A DNA stretch of 64,000 nt from Anaerohalosphaeraceae bacterium (lineage in GTDB: Bacteria; Planctomycetota; Phycisphaerae; Sedimentisphaerales; Anaerohalosphaeraceae), in assembly GCA_050309605.1 (NCBI GenBank), contig JBNRMN010000092.1, forward strand, positions 1 through 64,000, in the 5' to 3' direction. Position numbers and translations under genes: made by a program. Position 1 is the stretch's first letter, and the number at the start of each line of letters is the position of its first letter. Below the pieces are notes generated by a model. It did no database searches, had not been told where the DNA came from, and was given only the letters and a program-made list of their open reading frames with translations. This document shows, piece after piece, positions 30,987-40,717 of the stretch.

Positions 30987-31209
30987 AACAGACCTCCATA
31001 ACAGAGACAAAATATCAGTTTACATCGCAATAGGGTCAATCATCCATCTCCCCTGATGCAATGCCACTATACGCTAAATTTTCTCAAAAAACAACGAGGC
31101 ACGGAAAAAGACGCTTTGATGGTCTTTCTTATTGCACAAAGACCGTCGCGGTCGTTATCGAGTCGTTGTTTCAGCGTTTCTGTTTCAGTCGTTTTGACGA
31201 TCAGCAGCG

Positions 31210-32784
31210 TCATTCATTGAGCGTGCCGGCGTCTTTGAGCAGTTTATATTCGACGCTGTCCACCAGCGCCAGCCAGCTTGCTTCGATGATATTTTCCGAC
31301 GCCCCGACGGTTCCCCACATATCCTGCGAGTCGCGGCTTTCGATGACCACACGGACCCGCGCCGCCGTACCCGCACGGGCGTTGACCACACGCACCTTAT
31401 AATCAATCAGGCTCATGCTCTTGATGTTCGGATAAAACGCCTCCATGGCTTTGCGCAAGGCCCCGTCCAGGGCGTTGACCGGGCCGTCGCCCTCGCTGAC
31501 CACGTGCTCGATCCGCCCATCGACAGACAGTTTAACAGTCGCCTCGGTGATCATTCGACCGGACTCGGCGCGTTCGATATCGACGTGATACTTAATCAGC
31601 TCAAAACTGGGCTGATATGTCCCCAGCAGTTTTTTGATGAGCAGGTCAAAACTGGCCTCGGCGGTTTCGAACTGATAGCCTTCTTTCTCCAGTTCCTGAA
31701 CTTTCTGCAAAATGGCACGCGCGACCTGTCTGTCGCTGACGATTTTTTTCTTTTCGAGTTTGTCCAGTACATTGGACGCTCCGGACAATTCCGAAATCAA
31801 AAACCGGCGTTCATTGCCCACCAGTTCGGGCGAAATATGCTCATAGGTTTTCTGATTCTTGCGGATGGCGTCAATGTGCAGTCCGCCCTTATGGGCAAAC
31901 GCGCTTTCACCGACATACGGCATATGCGTAACCGGCGTCAGATTGGCGATTTCGAAGGCAAACCGCGACACCTCCGTCAAGCTGCGCAGATTCTCGTCCC
32001 CGACGGTTTCATACCCCATTTTCAGCGACAGATTGGGGATAATCGTACAGAGATTGGCGTTGCCGGTGCGTTCGCCCAGACCGTTGAGCGTGCCCTGAAC
32101 GTGGCGCGCGCCGGCGCGTACCCCGGCCAGCGAGTTGGCCACCGCACAGTCCGAGTCATTGTGGCAGTGGATGCCGATGGTCGCGCCGGACAAGCTCTGA
32201 CAAACCGTTCGGGTTATTTCATAGACCTCATCCGGAAGCGCCCCGCCGTTGGTTTCGCACAGGGCAATCGTGTCGGCGCCGGCTTCAGCAACAGCGGCCA
32301 GCACCTTCAACGCATAGTCCGGATTGTTCTTGTAGCCGTCGAAAAAGTGCTCCGCGTCAAAAATGACCTCACGACCCTGTTTTTTCAGATAGGCCACCGA
32401 ATCGGCGCAAAGTACAATATTGTCTTCCAGACCGCACCGCAGCACATCGGTGACGTGCATATCCCACGTCTTGCCGACAATCGTAATCACCGGCACATCA
32501 CAGGCCAGCAGGGCGGCGATACCGGCGTCGTGTTCGACCGGATTATTCGCCCGCCGGGTGCTGCCGAACGCCGCGATGCGCGCATGCTCGAATGGAATCT
32601 CGCTAAGCCGACGGAAAAACTCCTCTTCCTTGGGATTGCTCAGCGGAAACCCGCCTTCGATATAATCAATACCGAACTCGTCGAGCCGTCGGGCCAAAAG
32701 CAGCTTGTCCTCAACCGAAAAACTGATGCCCTCGGCCTGCATCCCGTCCCGCAGCGTCGTATCGTAAATCTTTACTTTTTGCAT
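31210..32784 (-). CDS. cimA: Citramalate synthase
   Basis: Motifs YDTTLRDG, DAEHFFDG, HCHND, HKGGLH, GPVNALD. Confidence 0.92.
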   Translation of the reverse strand: MQKVKIYDTTLRDGMQAEGISFSVEDKLLLARRLDEFGIDYIEGGFPLSNPKEEEFFRRLSEIPFEHARIAAFGSTRRANNPVEHDAGIAALLACDVPVITIVGKTWDMHVTDVLRCGLEDNIVLCADSVAYLKKQGREVIFDAEHFFDGYKNNPDYALKVLAAVAEAGADTIALCETNGGALPDEVYEITRTVCQSLSGATIGIHCHNDSDCAVANSLAGVRAGARHVQGTLNGLGERTGNANLCTIIPNLSLKMGYETVGDENLRSLTEVSRFAFEIANLTPVTHMPYVGESAFAHKGGLHIDAIRKNQKTYEHISPELVGNERRFLISELSGASNVLDKLEKKKIVSDRQVARAILQKVQELEKEGYQFETAEASFDLLIKKLLGTYQPSFELIKYHVDIERAESGRMITEATVKLSVDGRIEHVVSEGDGPVNALDGALRKAMEAFYPNIKSMSLIDYKVRVVNARAGTAARVRVVIESRDSQDMWGTVGASENIIEASWLALVDSVEYKLLKDAGTLNE

Positions 32785-32954
32785 AGTTAGGGTCTTCTTA
32801 GTCGAATCATCAAAAGCCTATATTATACGCAAAATTCGCCGAAAGTAAATAGAGAAAACCACTTTTTGCGGACGGGGTCGTTCTGACTTTGCCCGGCTCT
32901 TGGCAGACTCACAGGCCGGCGTTATAATGGCCTGACAAAACAGGAGAACAAACG

Positions 32955-33758
32955 ATGCCTTATGTACACGGTTATTCGGCGCGCGAGACGCAGCGGCTGT
33001 ATGAACAGGCCGAGATATTAGAGGACATTCTGCATTCGGATACGTCCTATCCCGCCGGTGCGAAGGTGCTCGAGGCCGGCTGCGGCGTCGGCGCCCAGAC
33101 GCGCCTGCTGGTCAAACGCAGCCCGCAGGCGGTCTTTACCTGCATCGACATCTCCGAAACGTCACTGGCCTCGGCCGGCCGCCTCAAAGACGCCCACGGC
33201 TTCGAGCAGGTCACATTCGAACAGGCCGAGATCCACCACCTGCGGTTTGCCGATGCGTCGTTTGACCACGTTTTTGTGTGTTTTGTGCTGGAACACCTGG
33301 ACGACCCCGTCGCCGCACTGAAAGAACTCAAACGCACCCTCCGCCCCGGCGGGACACTGACCGTCATCGAAGGCGACCACGGCTCGTGCTTTTGGCACCC
33401 CGAAACGCCCGCCGGCCGCTGCGCTTGGCACAGCCTCATCGCCGCCCAGCAGGCCAACGGCCACGACCCGCTCATCGGACGCCGGCTGACCCCGCTGCTG
33501 ACCGCCGCCGGCCTGGCCGTGGCGTCCTGCCGACCCGCCTGGCTCTGGGCCGACCGCCTGGCCCCCGACCTGCGCGACGGCATGGTCAACCACATCATCG
33601 TCCCAATGGTCCAGTCGGCGCGCCGACAGATTCTTGACGATGCACTGCTCGACACGAAAACCTTCGAACAGGGCTGCGCCGAGATCGCCGCCGTCGATAC
33701 CTGCGAGGAAGGTACTTTTTTCTACACCTGGTTCAAAGCCGTCGCCCAACTTATATAG
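32955..33758 (+). CDS. Class I SAM-dependent methyltransferase
   Basis: VLEAGCGVG, FDHVFVCFVLEH, LRPGG; AGGAG RBS. Confidence 0.92.
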   Translation: MPYVHGYSARETQRLYEQAEILEDILHSDTSYPAGAKVLEAGCGVGAQTRLLVKRSPQAVFTCIDISETSLASAGRLKDAHGFEQVTFEQAEIHHLRFADASFDHVFVCFVLEHLDDPVAALKELKRTLRPGGTLTVIEGDHGSCFWHPETPAGRCAWHSLIAAQQANGHDPLIGRRLTPLLTAAGLAVASCRPAWLWADRLAPDLRDGMVNHIIVPMVQSARRQILDDALLDTKTFEQGCAEIAAVDTCEEGTFFYTWFKAVAQLI

Positions 33759-33808
33759 GTAAGCGTTCACCGTATTCATGCTGGAGAACAACGATGTTAA
33801 ATTCTTTC

Positions 33809-33890
33809 GGCCTGAAAGGCCATTTGACCTTAGCCCGGCCCAGCGGGGGCGGGGTGGAAATGCACATGACAGCCTTCGCCCTGAAAGGGC
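33809..33890. repeat. Family B palindromic element (partial)
   Basis: ggcctgaaaggcc...ccttagccc...gccctgaaagggc, matching the left half of the 11283 element. Confidence 0.75.
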
Positions 33891-34043
33891 AGGATAGCGG
33901 CAGGGGATGCGACTCTTTTAGAGCCAATCCGGAAGAATGTCTTACATCCAGGCAAAATGTAAAGAAGTGACGAAGATGCATTCTTGAAATGCTCCTTGTT
34001 TATGCTTATGTTTCTGAAAGAGACCCTGTTTTAAGGAATTCAA

Positions 34044-35210
34044 ATGAAGATCGTAGCGGATCAGAATATCCCGTTTGTTGAGGCGTGTTTTTCGTCGATT
34101 GGACAGGTCAAAACCCTTCCGGGGCGTGCCTTGACCGCCGAGCAGGCGGCCGATGCGGACGTGCTGCTGGTGCGCAGCGTCACCCAGGTCGATGAATCGC
34201 TGCTGTCCGGCAGCCGTGTTCAATTTGTCGCGACGGCGACCATTGGCATCGAGCACGTCGATACCGACTACCTGGCCGCACAGGGGATCGGCTTTGCCTC
34301 AGCGCCCGGCTCGAACGCCAACAGCGTCGCCGAGTATGTCGTCGCTGCCTTGCTGAAGCTGGGCAAAAAATACAGCATTGAATTGGCCGGCACGTCCATC
34401 GGCGTCATCGGCGTGGGCAATGTCGGCTCGCGCGTCGCCCATAAGTGCGCCGCACTGGGGATGGCGGTCAGACTCAACGACCCGCCGCTGGCTCGGCAGA
34501 CCGGCGACCCGAAGTATCGCCCGCTCAATGCACTGTACGACTGCGATTGTATCACCCTGCACACCCCGCTGACCCGGCAGGGACCGGACAAAACCTATCA
34601 CCTGGCCGATGCGGCGTTTTTCAAATCACTCAAGCCGGGCGCGTTTTTTCTCAACACCTCGCGCGGCGGCGTTCACGACACGGCCGCACTCAAAAACGCA
34701 ACAGCCGACGGCAAGTTGGGCGGGGTTGTGCTGGATGTGTGGGAAAATGAGCCGAACATCGACGCCGATCTGCTCGGCCGGGTCGATCTGGCCACCCCGC
34801 ACATCGCCGGCTATTCATTTGACGGTAAGGTCATCGGAATGCTGATGATTTATCGCGCTGTCTGTGAGCATTTCGGCCTGAGGCCGGTACACACCGAGGC
34901 GGATTTTCTGCCTGCTCCGGATGTACCCGAAATCGCCCTGACGTCTAAACAGCTTGACGCCCCCGGGGAACAGATCATCGATCAGGTCGTTCGGCAGGTC
35001 TATGACATCCGCCGGGACGATTTGAATACGCGCAAGATGCTGGCCTTACCGCCGACGCAGCGCAGCGCATTGTTTGACCGCCTCCGCAAGGAGTATCCCC
35101 GACGACGCGAATTTCACAATACCACGGTGGTTTTGCCAAACAGCGACCGGTCTTATCCGCTGGCCCAGGTCTTGCGCGGCATCGGTTTTCAGGTTCGGGA
35201 GCAACGATGA
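34044..35210 (+). CDS. pdxB: Erythronate-4-phosphate dehydrogenase
   Basis: Motifs MKIVADQNIP, LLVRSVT, APGSNA, LHTPL, TPHIAGYS, RKEYPRRREF. Confidence 0.95.
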   Translation: MKIVADQNIPFVEACFSSIGQVKTLPGRALTAEQAADADVLLVRSVTQVDESLLSGSRVQFVATATIGIEHVDTDYLAAQGIGFASAPGSNANSVAEYVVAALLKLGKKYSIELAGTSIGVIGVGNVGSRVAHKCAALGMAVRLNDPPLARQTGDPKYRPLNALYDCDCITLHTPLTRQGPDKTYHLADAAFFKSLKPGAFFLNTSRGGVHDTAALKNATADGKLGGVVLDVWENEPNIDADLLGRVDLATPHIAGYSFDGKVIGMLMIYRAVCEHFGLRPVHTEADFLPAPDVPEIALTSKQLDAPGEQIIDQVVRQVYDIRRDDLNTRKMLALPPTQRSALFDRLRKEYPRRREFHNTTVVLPNSDRSYPLAQVLRGIGFQVREQR

Positions 35211-36061
35211 ACAGGCCGTCAGAGTTTCTTGAATGGCCAAGCGGCCGGCTGGATTTTTCCGGCGGCTGTCGGGTAATGGGCATTGTCAACGTCACGCCCG
35301 ACTCGTTCAGCGACGGCGGACAATTGTTCGACGTGGACAAGGCCGTGGCCGGCGGCCTGGAAATGGTCCGACAGGGCGCAGCCATTCTCGATGTCGGCCC
35401 CGAATCCACCCGTCCCGGCGCAGCACCGGTATCTGTCGATGAACAAATCCGCCGTGCTGTGCCGGTCATTCGGAAGCTGCGCGAGCACACCGCTATCCCC
35501 GTCAGCATCGACACACGCAATGCAGAGGTTGCCGCCGCAGCCCTTGACGCCGGCGCGTCCATGCTCAATGACATTACCGCGCTGAGCGATGAGGCGATGG
35601 CCCGCCTGGCCGCCGAGCGCCGCGTGCCGGTGGTTCTGATGCATATGCAGGGCACACCGGAGACAATGCAGCACAATCCTCGGTATGATGATGTCGTCGC
35701 CGAGGTACGCGATTTTCTCATGCAGCGTGCAAAACACGCCGAATCGATGGGACTTTCGAGTGATATGATTATTCTTGACCCCGGCATCGGCTTTGGCAAG
35801 ACCACCGAGCACAACCTGCAACTGCTCAAGCGGCTGGAGGTGTTTGCCGGATTGGGTTATCGTCTGCTGGTCGGAACCAGCCGCAAACGATTCATCGGAC
35901 AGCTCACCGGCAAAGACAACCCGACCGACCGACTGTTCGGCACCGCCGCCACGGTCGCGCTGGCGGCATGGAAGGGCGCATCGGTCGTGCGCGTCCACGA
36001 TACGGCAGCGATGGTTGATGTGGTCAGGGTCATCGCCGCTGTTCAGAACGCCGAGACCTGA
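35207..36061 (+). CDS. folP: Dihydropteroate synthase
   Basis: Motifs MGIVNVTPDSFSDGG, ESTRPG, DPGIGFGK, SRKRF, RVHD. Confidence 0.97.
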   Translation: MNRPSEFLEWPSGRLDFSGGCRVMGIVNVTPDSFSDGGQLFDVDKAVAGGLEMVRQGAAILDVGPESTRPGAAPVSVDEQIRRAVPVIRKLREHTAIPVSIDTRNAEVAAAALDAGASMLNDITALSDEAMARLAAERRVPVVLMHMQGTPETMQHNPRYDDVVAEVRDFLMQRAKHAESMGLSSDMIILDPGIGFGKTTEHNLQLLKRLEVFAGLGYRLLVGTSRKRFIGQLTGKDNPTDRLFGTAATVALAAWKGASVVRVHDTAAMVDVVRVIAAVQNAET

Positions 36062-36924
36062 GCCTTGGCAAGCGAGGGGCGAAGCGTTTCGGCGACAGGA
36101 AAGGTAAAGGCTGTTTTTTCCAGATACAGCGCCCGTCCGAAATCAAGCATCGTGTCATTGCCCACCACCGACACGGGCAAAGGCGATAACAGCAGATTGG
36201 CAAACATCGCCTTGATTGAACCGATCACCCCTTCGGATCGGTCGGCTTTCTGGACGGAGGCCACCTCGACGCTCATACGAGGCGACTGCTCGCTGCGGCT
36301 GAACGTCAGGGTATTGACCCGTGCGATGACGGGGTTTTCTCGGTTAGCATAGTGATACCGGTCGTTCTTGCGGGGCACATCATACAGGGCGATGGTCACG
36401 GGGCTTTTCAGACGGTCGCGCGTGAAGCTGACGGTGACCTGCTCGACGATGATGTCGTTCTCATGCACCTGCCCGACGGCGTCCACCCGTCCCAGACAAG
36501 GCCCGTCAATCTGAATCCACTCCAGCAGATTCTTGAGGCGGCGTTTCTTGGTGTCGCCGCCGCTGACCAGTGCAATCATTTCGTCGGGATCATAGACCAC
36601 CCGATATAACCCGCCGCCGACGATCTCAAAATCGCAGGACAAAATAAATCCGTTATCGCGTTTTTCGTCACATCGACGACTGACAATGCCCGCGGTAAAG
36701 TTCGTATTGGGGTCGGTTGCGGTACTGACCGCCGTCAGCGAAGTCAAAGGCACAAAATACATAAACGTATCAACCGAATTGGAGAGGGCCTCGGATGAAT
36801 AGCCCAGCTTCAGCGTAGGCCCTGCGTCGGACCCGTCGTTCGCGTCTGCCTGCGCCGAGGCCGAAGCGCCCGTAACGCCCGCGGCGGCAAGTCCCATAAA
36901 CATGACAATATAACGTATCCACAT
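36043..36924 (-). CDS. Secreted hypothetical protein
   Basis: Signal peptide MWIRYIVMFMGLAAAG...; 3' end overlaps folP by 19 nt. Confidence 0.7.
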   Translation of the reverse strand: MWIRYIVMFMGLAAAGVTGASASAQADANDGSDAGPTLKLGYSSEALSNSVDTFMYFVPLTSLTAVSTATDPNTNFTAGIVSRRCDEKRDNGFILSCDFEIVGGGLYRVVYDPDEMIALVSGGDTKKRRLKNLLEWIQIDGPCLGRVDAVGQVHENDIIVEQVTVSFTRDRLKSPVTIALYDVPRKNDRYHYANRENPVIARVNTLTFSRSEQSPRMSVEVASVQKADRSEGVIGSIKAMFANLLLSPLPVSVVGNDTMLDFGRALYLEKTAFTFPVAETLRPSLAKAQVSAF

Positions 36925-37038
36925 GGTACAATCCTTTGGGTCGTATTTACCGTCTATGGGGGCATTATAACCGACTGCGTTCACGATGTCTGTTAAAATT
37001 TAGTTATTGTCGCGGTGGATGTCAAATCCGAGCCTGCG

Positions 37039-37815
37039 TCAATAAGGAGGTTCCGGATAAGTAATTGCCGCCATCAGCGCCGCCCCGTAACGCTGCCAGA
37101 GCTGATCGGCGGTCAAACGATCATCGGCGCGTTCCAATTCCATCGTAATGGTCGCTATACCGAGCTTTTCACCGGCATACGCCCCGAATGAACCGGGTCG
37201 TGCTCCGAGCTTGTTGACCGGTAAATGGCAATAGGCCGCGATATGCTGAGCCAGCGCCTCGGCCGGACCGTCATAGTCAATACATTTGAGCGGCTGGTGA
37301 AGACTGACGACCCGAATCGGTCGGTAGTGTTCGATCAGGTCATATAATAATTTCGATTCGGGTTCGGAAAGGGCATAATACCCAAAGACAGACGTATTTT
37401 CACGGTTGGCCGCGGGAAAATTACGATTCAGATCAATCCCATTGGCATTGCCGCGTACATTGCGCACCACACCGTCCGGGTTGGCGTTGGGAATAATCAG
37501 AATGCGGTATTTGTCCAGCAGATCGCATCGATGGCGAAGCCGCTCCATCAGCCTGTAGCACAATGGAATCCCCGCCTGCTCATTACCGTGGATGGCCGCA
37601 AAAATAAAGATGGTTTCATATCCGCTGCCGGCCCTATATAAATCAATGGGACGCCGTTCAACCGAAAGCCCCAGCGTATGGACCGAAAAGGTTTGCGGCG
37701 TGGCAATCGGCCCGACCGCGGTCGCGCGTTCCATCCGGGTGCAGCCGCTCGGCAGGCCACACGCAATCATCCCGATAAGGATGTAAATCGTTTGTTTAAC
37801 GGTTGTTTTTTGCAT
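37039..37815 (-). CDS. M14-family zinc peptidase (murein peptide amidase A-like), probable lipoprotein
   Basis: Motifs AIHGNE, NPDG, NANGIDLNRNFP, SLHQP, PGSFG, ITMEL. Confidence 0.88.
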   Translation of the reverse strand: MQKTTVKQTIYILIGMIACGLPSGCTRMERATAVGPIATPQTFSVHTLGLSVERRPIDLYRAGSGYETIFIFAAIHGNEQAGIPLCYRLMERLRHRCDLLDKYRILIIPNANPDGVVRNVRGNANGIDLNRNFPAANRENTSVFGYYALSEPESKLLYDLIEHYRPIRVVSLHQPLKCIDYDGPAEALAQHIAAYCHLPVNKLGARPGSFGAYAGEKLGIATITMELERADDRLTADQLWQRYGAALMAAITYPEPPY

Positions 37816-38055
37816 TCGTCAAAGAGGGATTATAACGGTTCAAGGTTGCTTCAAAAACGATACATCTCAATGTTTATCGAACAATGAGGCCCAATTGCAT
37901 TAGAAAACAATACAAACTCAAAGAAATCGTCAAAAATGTCATTTTTTTGAAAAATTGTATAAACTGTTTTTTCTCTGATACGTATTTAGTCCACAATGTG
38001 AGATAAAAAAAGTCTTATTAACCGAAGTCATTGAAAAAAACGAAAGGGGACAACC

Positions 38056-38331
38056 ATGAACGCACATGTACTGAAGAAAATTCTGGCGGTTTGTGTCGTA
38101 TTGGCGGTATCCGGCGCTGCGTGGGCCTGCGGCGGCAAGGGCGGCGACAAGGATAAAGGCAGCACCTCAACAGTGATCGCGAATGCGCAATACCTGGGGG
38201 GTGGCTGCGGCGGCGGCACTTGCGGTGACAAGGACAAGAAAGACGCAGCCGCATTGTCGGATCAGGCACAGTATCTGGGCGGCGGCTGCGGCGGCTCGGA
38301 TGACGGGACAAAGGACTGTCCTAAGAAATAA
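38056..38331 (+). CDS. Small secreted Cys/Gly-rich repeat peptide
   Basis: AAGGGG RBS, Sec-type signal peptide ending AWA, two AQYLGGGCGG copies with only synonymous differences, downstream terminator. Confidence 0.88.
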   Translation: MNAHVLKKILAVCVVLAVSGAAWACGGKGGDKDKGSTSTVIANAQYLGGGCGGGTCGDKDKKDAAALSDQAQYLGGGCGGSDDGTKDCPKK

Positions 38332-38351
38332 CAGGAATCCACAACCATTTG

Positions 38352-38417
38352 AAAAAGGCCGCCTTGGTGCGGTACGGCAGGTATGATGTTGTCGTGCGGC
38401 GCGGAGGCGGTTTTTTT
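38352..38417 (+). terminator. Long G-U-rich hairpin followed by a T7 tract
   Basis: aaaaaggccgcctt...ggaggcggttttttt. Confidence 0.75.
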
Positions 38418-38445
38418 GTGCCGGTTCGGTCCGGCGGCGCGGGAC

Positions 38446-39177
38446 TTAGCGGCTGTGGTTTTTGGCGACGGTCGGCAGCTTTCCGCGGCAGCGATCGCAG
38501 GTGCACGCATGCACGATTTTCAGAGAGGACACGCCGAACAGCGAGCGGGTTTCCAGCAGTTTGGCTCCTTTGGCCTGCATTTTTCGCAACGCCACTTGCG
38601 CGGCGTTTTTATCCAGCGATCCGATAGCGTCATAGACCACAATCACATTTTTTTGCCGCACCAACAGCCCCAGCACGGTTGACAGAACCGAGGTTTCCGC
38701 CGGGCCGCCGATGACGATCAATTCATTGGCTTTCGTCTCAGTCAGAACCCGTTCGGCGCGCGGCTCATCAAACGGGTCAAGCGTGCGCTTGTACAATACA
38801 ATCTGCTCGACATCCTGCATGCTTTCGCGAGGCAGATCGGTATTGTCGTCGGCGTCAAAAACGACATGACGATAGCGGAGCGTATAACGCAGTTTGCGAA
38901 CGCCGTTGGTTCCGATGCGGCAATACGGCTCATGGTGGTCATTGGGCGGATGGATCAGGGCAGTGGAGATGACGCGGATATGCTCGCGTCTGGCCCAGGC
39001 CATCACCCGGCGAATATTGGCCAGCACCCGCCGATGATTGCGAATGCACATTTGACCATCGGCCAGAAAAAAATCACGCTGCGTATCCACATCAATGAGG
39101 ATGCGTTTCTTTCGCAGGTTCAAAATCGGCCGTATCATACGCAATCTGCCGTAGTTATAGTTATTTTGTGCATCCAT
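38446..39177 (-). CDS. Isochorismatase/nicotinamidase (cysteine hydrolase) family protein
   Basis: LIDVDTQRDF, LYKRT, VVYDAIG. Start uncertain (39177 or about 39138). Confidence 0.82.
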   Translation of the reverse strand: MDAQNNYNYGRLRMIRPILNLRKKRILIDVDTQRDFFLADGQMCIRNHRRVLANIRRVMAWARREHIRVISTALIHPPNDHHEPYCRIGTNGVRKLRYTLRYRHVVFDADDNTDLPRESMQDVEQIVLYKRTLDPFDEPRAERVLTETKANELIVIGGPAETSVLSTVLGLLVRQKNVIVVYDAIGSLDKNAAQVALRKMQAKGAKLLETRSLFGVSSLKIVHACTCDRCRGKLPTVAKNHSR

Positions 39178-39346
39178 GCTGGTTCTACGAGCCTTATGCC
39201 GAGCGGTTCTCGTTTCATGTTCGTATCGTACCGTACAGGGCTTGACTTTATTACTATTTCGGCACAAAATAGGGTTTTCGTTCAGTTTTCAGCCTCATCG
39301 TTACCCTATATATATAAAGCAAGACAGAAAAATTACCAGAATAAAT

Positions 39347-39979
39347 ATGACGGCGCGACAGCTTCAGGATTACCCGGCGATTGCGGTCCGGACGGAAACG
39401 CTGGACGGACGGCTTGATTTCAAGGTGCTTTTCGGACGTTCCGGGCCGGTCGAGATTGAGATCGGCTCCGGCAAAGGCACATTTCTGCTCAACCAGGCCC
39501 GCGCATTCGAAAAAACGTGTTTTTTGGGTATTGAATGGGCTAATAAGTATTATCGCTATGCGGTGGATCGCATCGGTCGCTGGGGACTGCAAAACGTGCG
39601 GCTGATTCGCACCGACGCGGCTGAGTTTCTGGCCGAGCATGTGCCCGACGAAAGCGTCGATGGATTTCACCTGTATTTTCCCGATCCCTGGCCCAAAAAA
39701 CGTCATCACAAACGACGATTTTTTTATACGGACAACCTGGCTCAGATGGCCCGATGCCTGAAGCCCGACGGCTGGATCAATATCGCCACTGACCATCAGG
39801 ATTATTTTGACCAGATGCAGCAGGTCGCCCGACAGGCCGTTGAGGCCGGGCAGGCTCGACTCATTCCGTTTAAGCGTCCGGTCGGCGCCGGCCAGGGCGA
39901 ACAGGTCGGCACCAATTATGAACGCAAATACAGGAAAGAAGGTCGGCCCACTTATACGCTGGCCCTGCAAAAGCAATGA
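39347..39979 (+). CDS. trmB: tRNA (guanine-N7)-methyltransferase
   Basis: Motifs EIGSGKG, FPDPWPKKRHHKRR, ATD, TNYERKY. Confidence 0.96.
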   Translation: MTARQLQDYPAIAVRTETLDGRLDFKVLFGRSGPVEIEIGSGKGTFLLNQARAFEKTCFLGIEWANKYYRYAVDRIGRWGLQNVRLIRTDAAEFLAEHVPDESVDGFHLYFPDPWPKKRHHKRRFFYTDNLAQMARCLKPDGWINIATDHQDYFDQMQQVARQAVEAGQARLIPFKRPVGAGQGEQVGTNYERKYRKEGRPTYTLALQKQ

Positions 39980-40716
39980 ATGCGCAACCGCTTGATTTGA
40001 CGTTAGCCGCTGAATCGCTGGCGGCACAGCCGCAGGCCTTTGAACGATTCGCTCAGATGCTCATAGAACACAATCGTTCGCTGAACCTGACGCGAATGGA
40101 TCACCCGCAGGACATCCGCACACGGCATTTTCTCGATTCGCTGGCGGCCTTGGCGATCGTAGATGAACCGGCCTCGAGACACCCGACCAATACGCCGTTT
40201 TCGGTGTTGGATGTTGGCTCGGGGGCGGGGTTTCCGGCGCTGGCTCTGGCAATTGCCCGCCCGAACTGGCGCGTCGTTTCGCTGGAGGCCACCGAAAAGA
40301 AGGTGCGTTTTCAGCGGCGGGTCTGTGAAGCGCTGGGTCTGGGCAATGTCGAGCTGCTGCACGGACGGGCCGAGATCTTGGCGCATGATCCGACGCGGCG
40401 AGAGCGGTTCGATGCGGTAACGGCCAGGGCGGTCGCTCCGCTGAACGTGCTGGCGGAGCTGACGCTGGCATTCATTCGACCGGGCGGATTGGTCCTGTTC
40501 TGGAAGGGACCGAACGTGCGGCAGGAATACGACGCGGCCCGCCAAGCGATAAAAATGATGGGCGGTTCAGCTTTAACGCTGCATTCTTATGCGTTGCCGA
40601 ACTTGCCGGAGACGGCGTTTTACCTGGTCGCGGCTGCCAAACACGCCGCCTCGCCGGTCAATCTGCCGCGCCGGCATTTTGGCATCATCAAAAAGCGTCC
40701 TCTGTCGCTGCTTTGA
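39976..40716 (+). CDS. rsmG: 16S rRNA (guanine527-N7)-methyltransferase
   Basis: Motifs NLTR, HFLDSL, DVGSGAGFP, TARAVA. Confidence 0.95.
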   Translation: MNAQPLDLTLAAESLAAQPQAFERFAQMLIEHNRSLNLTRMDHPQDIRTRHFLDSLAALAIVDEPASRHPTNTPFSVLDVGSGAGFPALALAIARPNWRVVSLEATEKKVRFQRRVCEALGLGNVELLHGRAEILAHDPTRRERFDAVTARAVAPLNVLAELTLAFIRPGGLVLFWKGPNVRQEYDAARQAIKMMGGSALTLHSYALPNLPETAFYLVAAAKHAASPVNLPRRHFGIIKKRPLSLL

Positions 40717-40717
40717 C

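Noticed and set aside
31504..32790. Long antisense ORFs (here, and 9032-10267, 44311-46054, 55353-56786, 58670-60646)
   Set aside because: Shadow frames opposite well-supported genes in high-GC DNA.
32955..33890. Methyltransferase as a mobile cassette
   Set aside because: It looks more GC-rich and has one adjacent family B element, but there is no integrase, att site or second flank.
38056..38331. Selenocysteine readthrough or lipoprotein status for the small peptide
   Set aside because: There is no in-frame TGA (the stop is TAA), and AWAC fits the lipobox consensus poorly.
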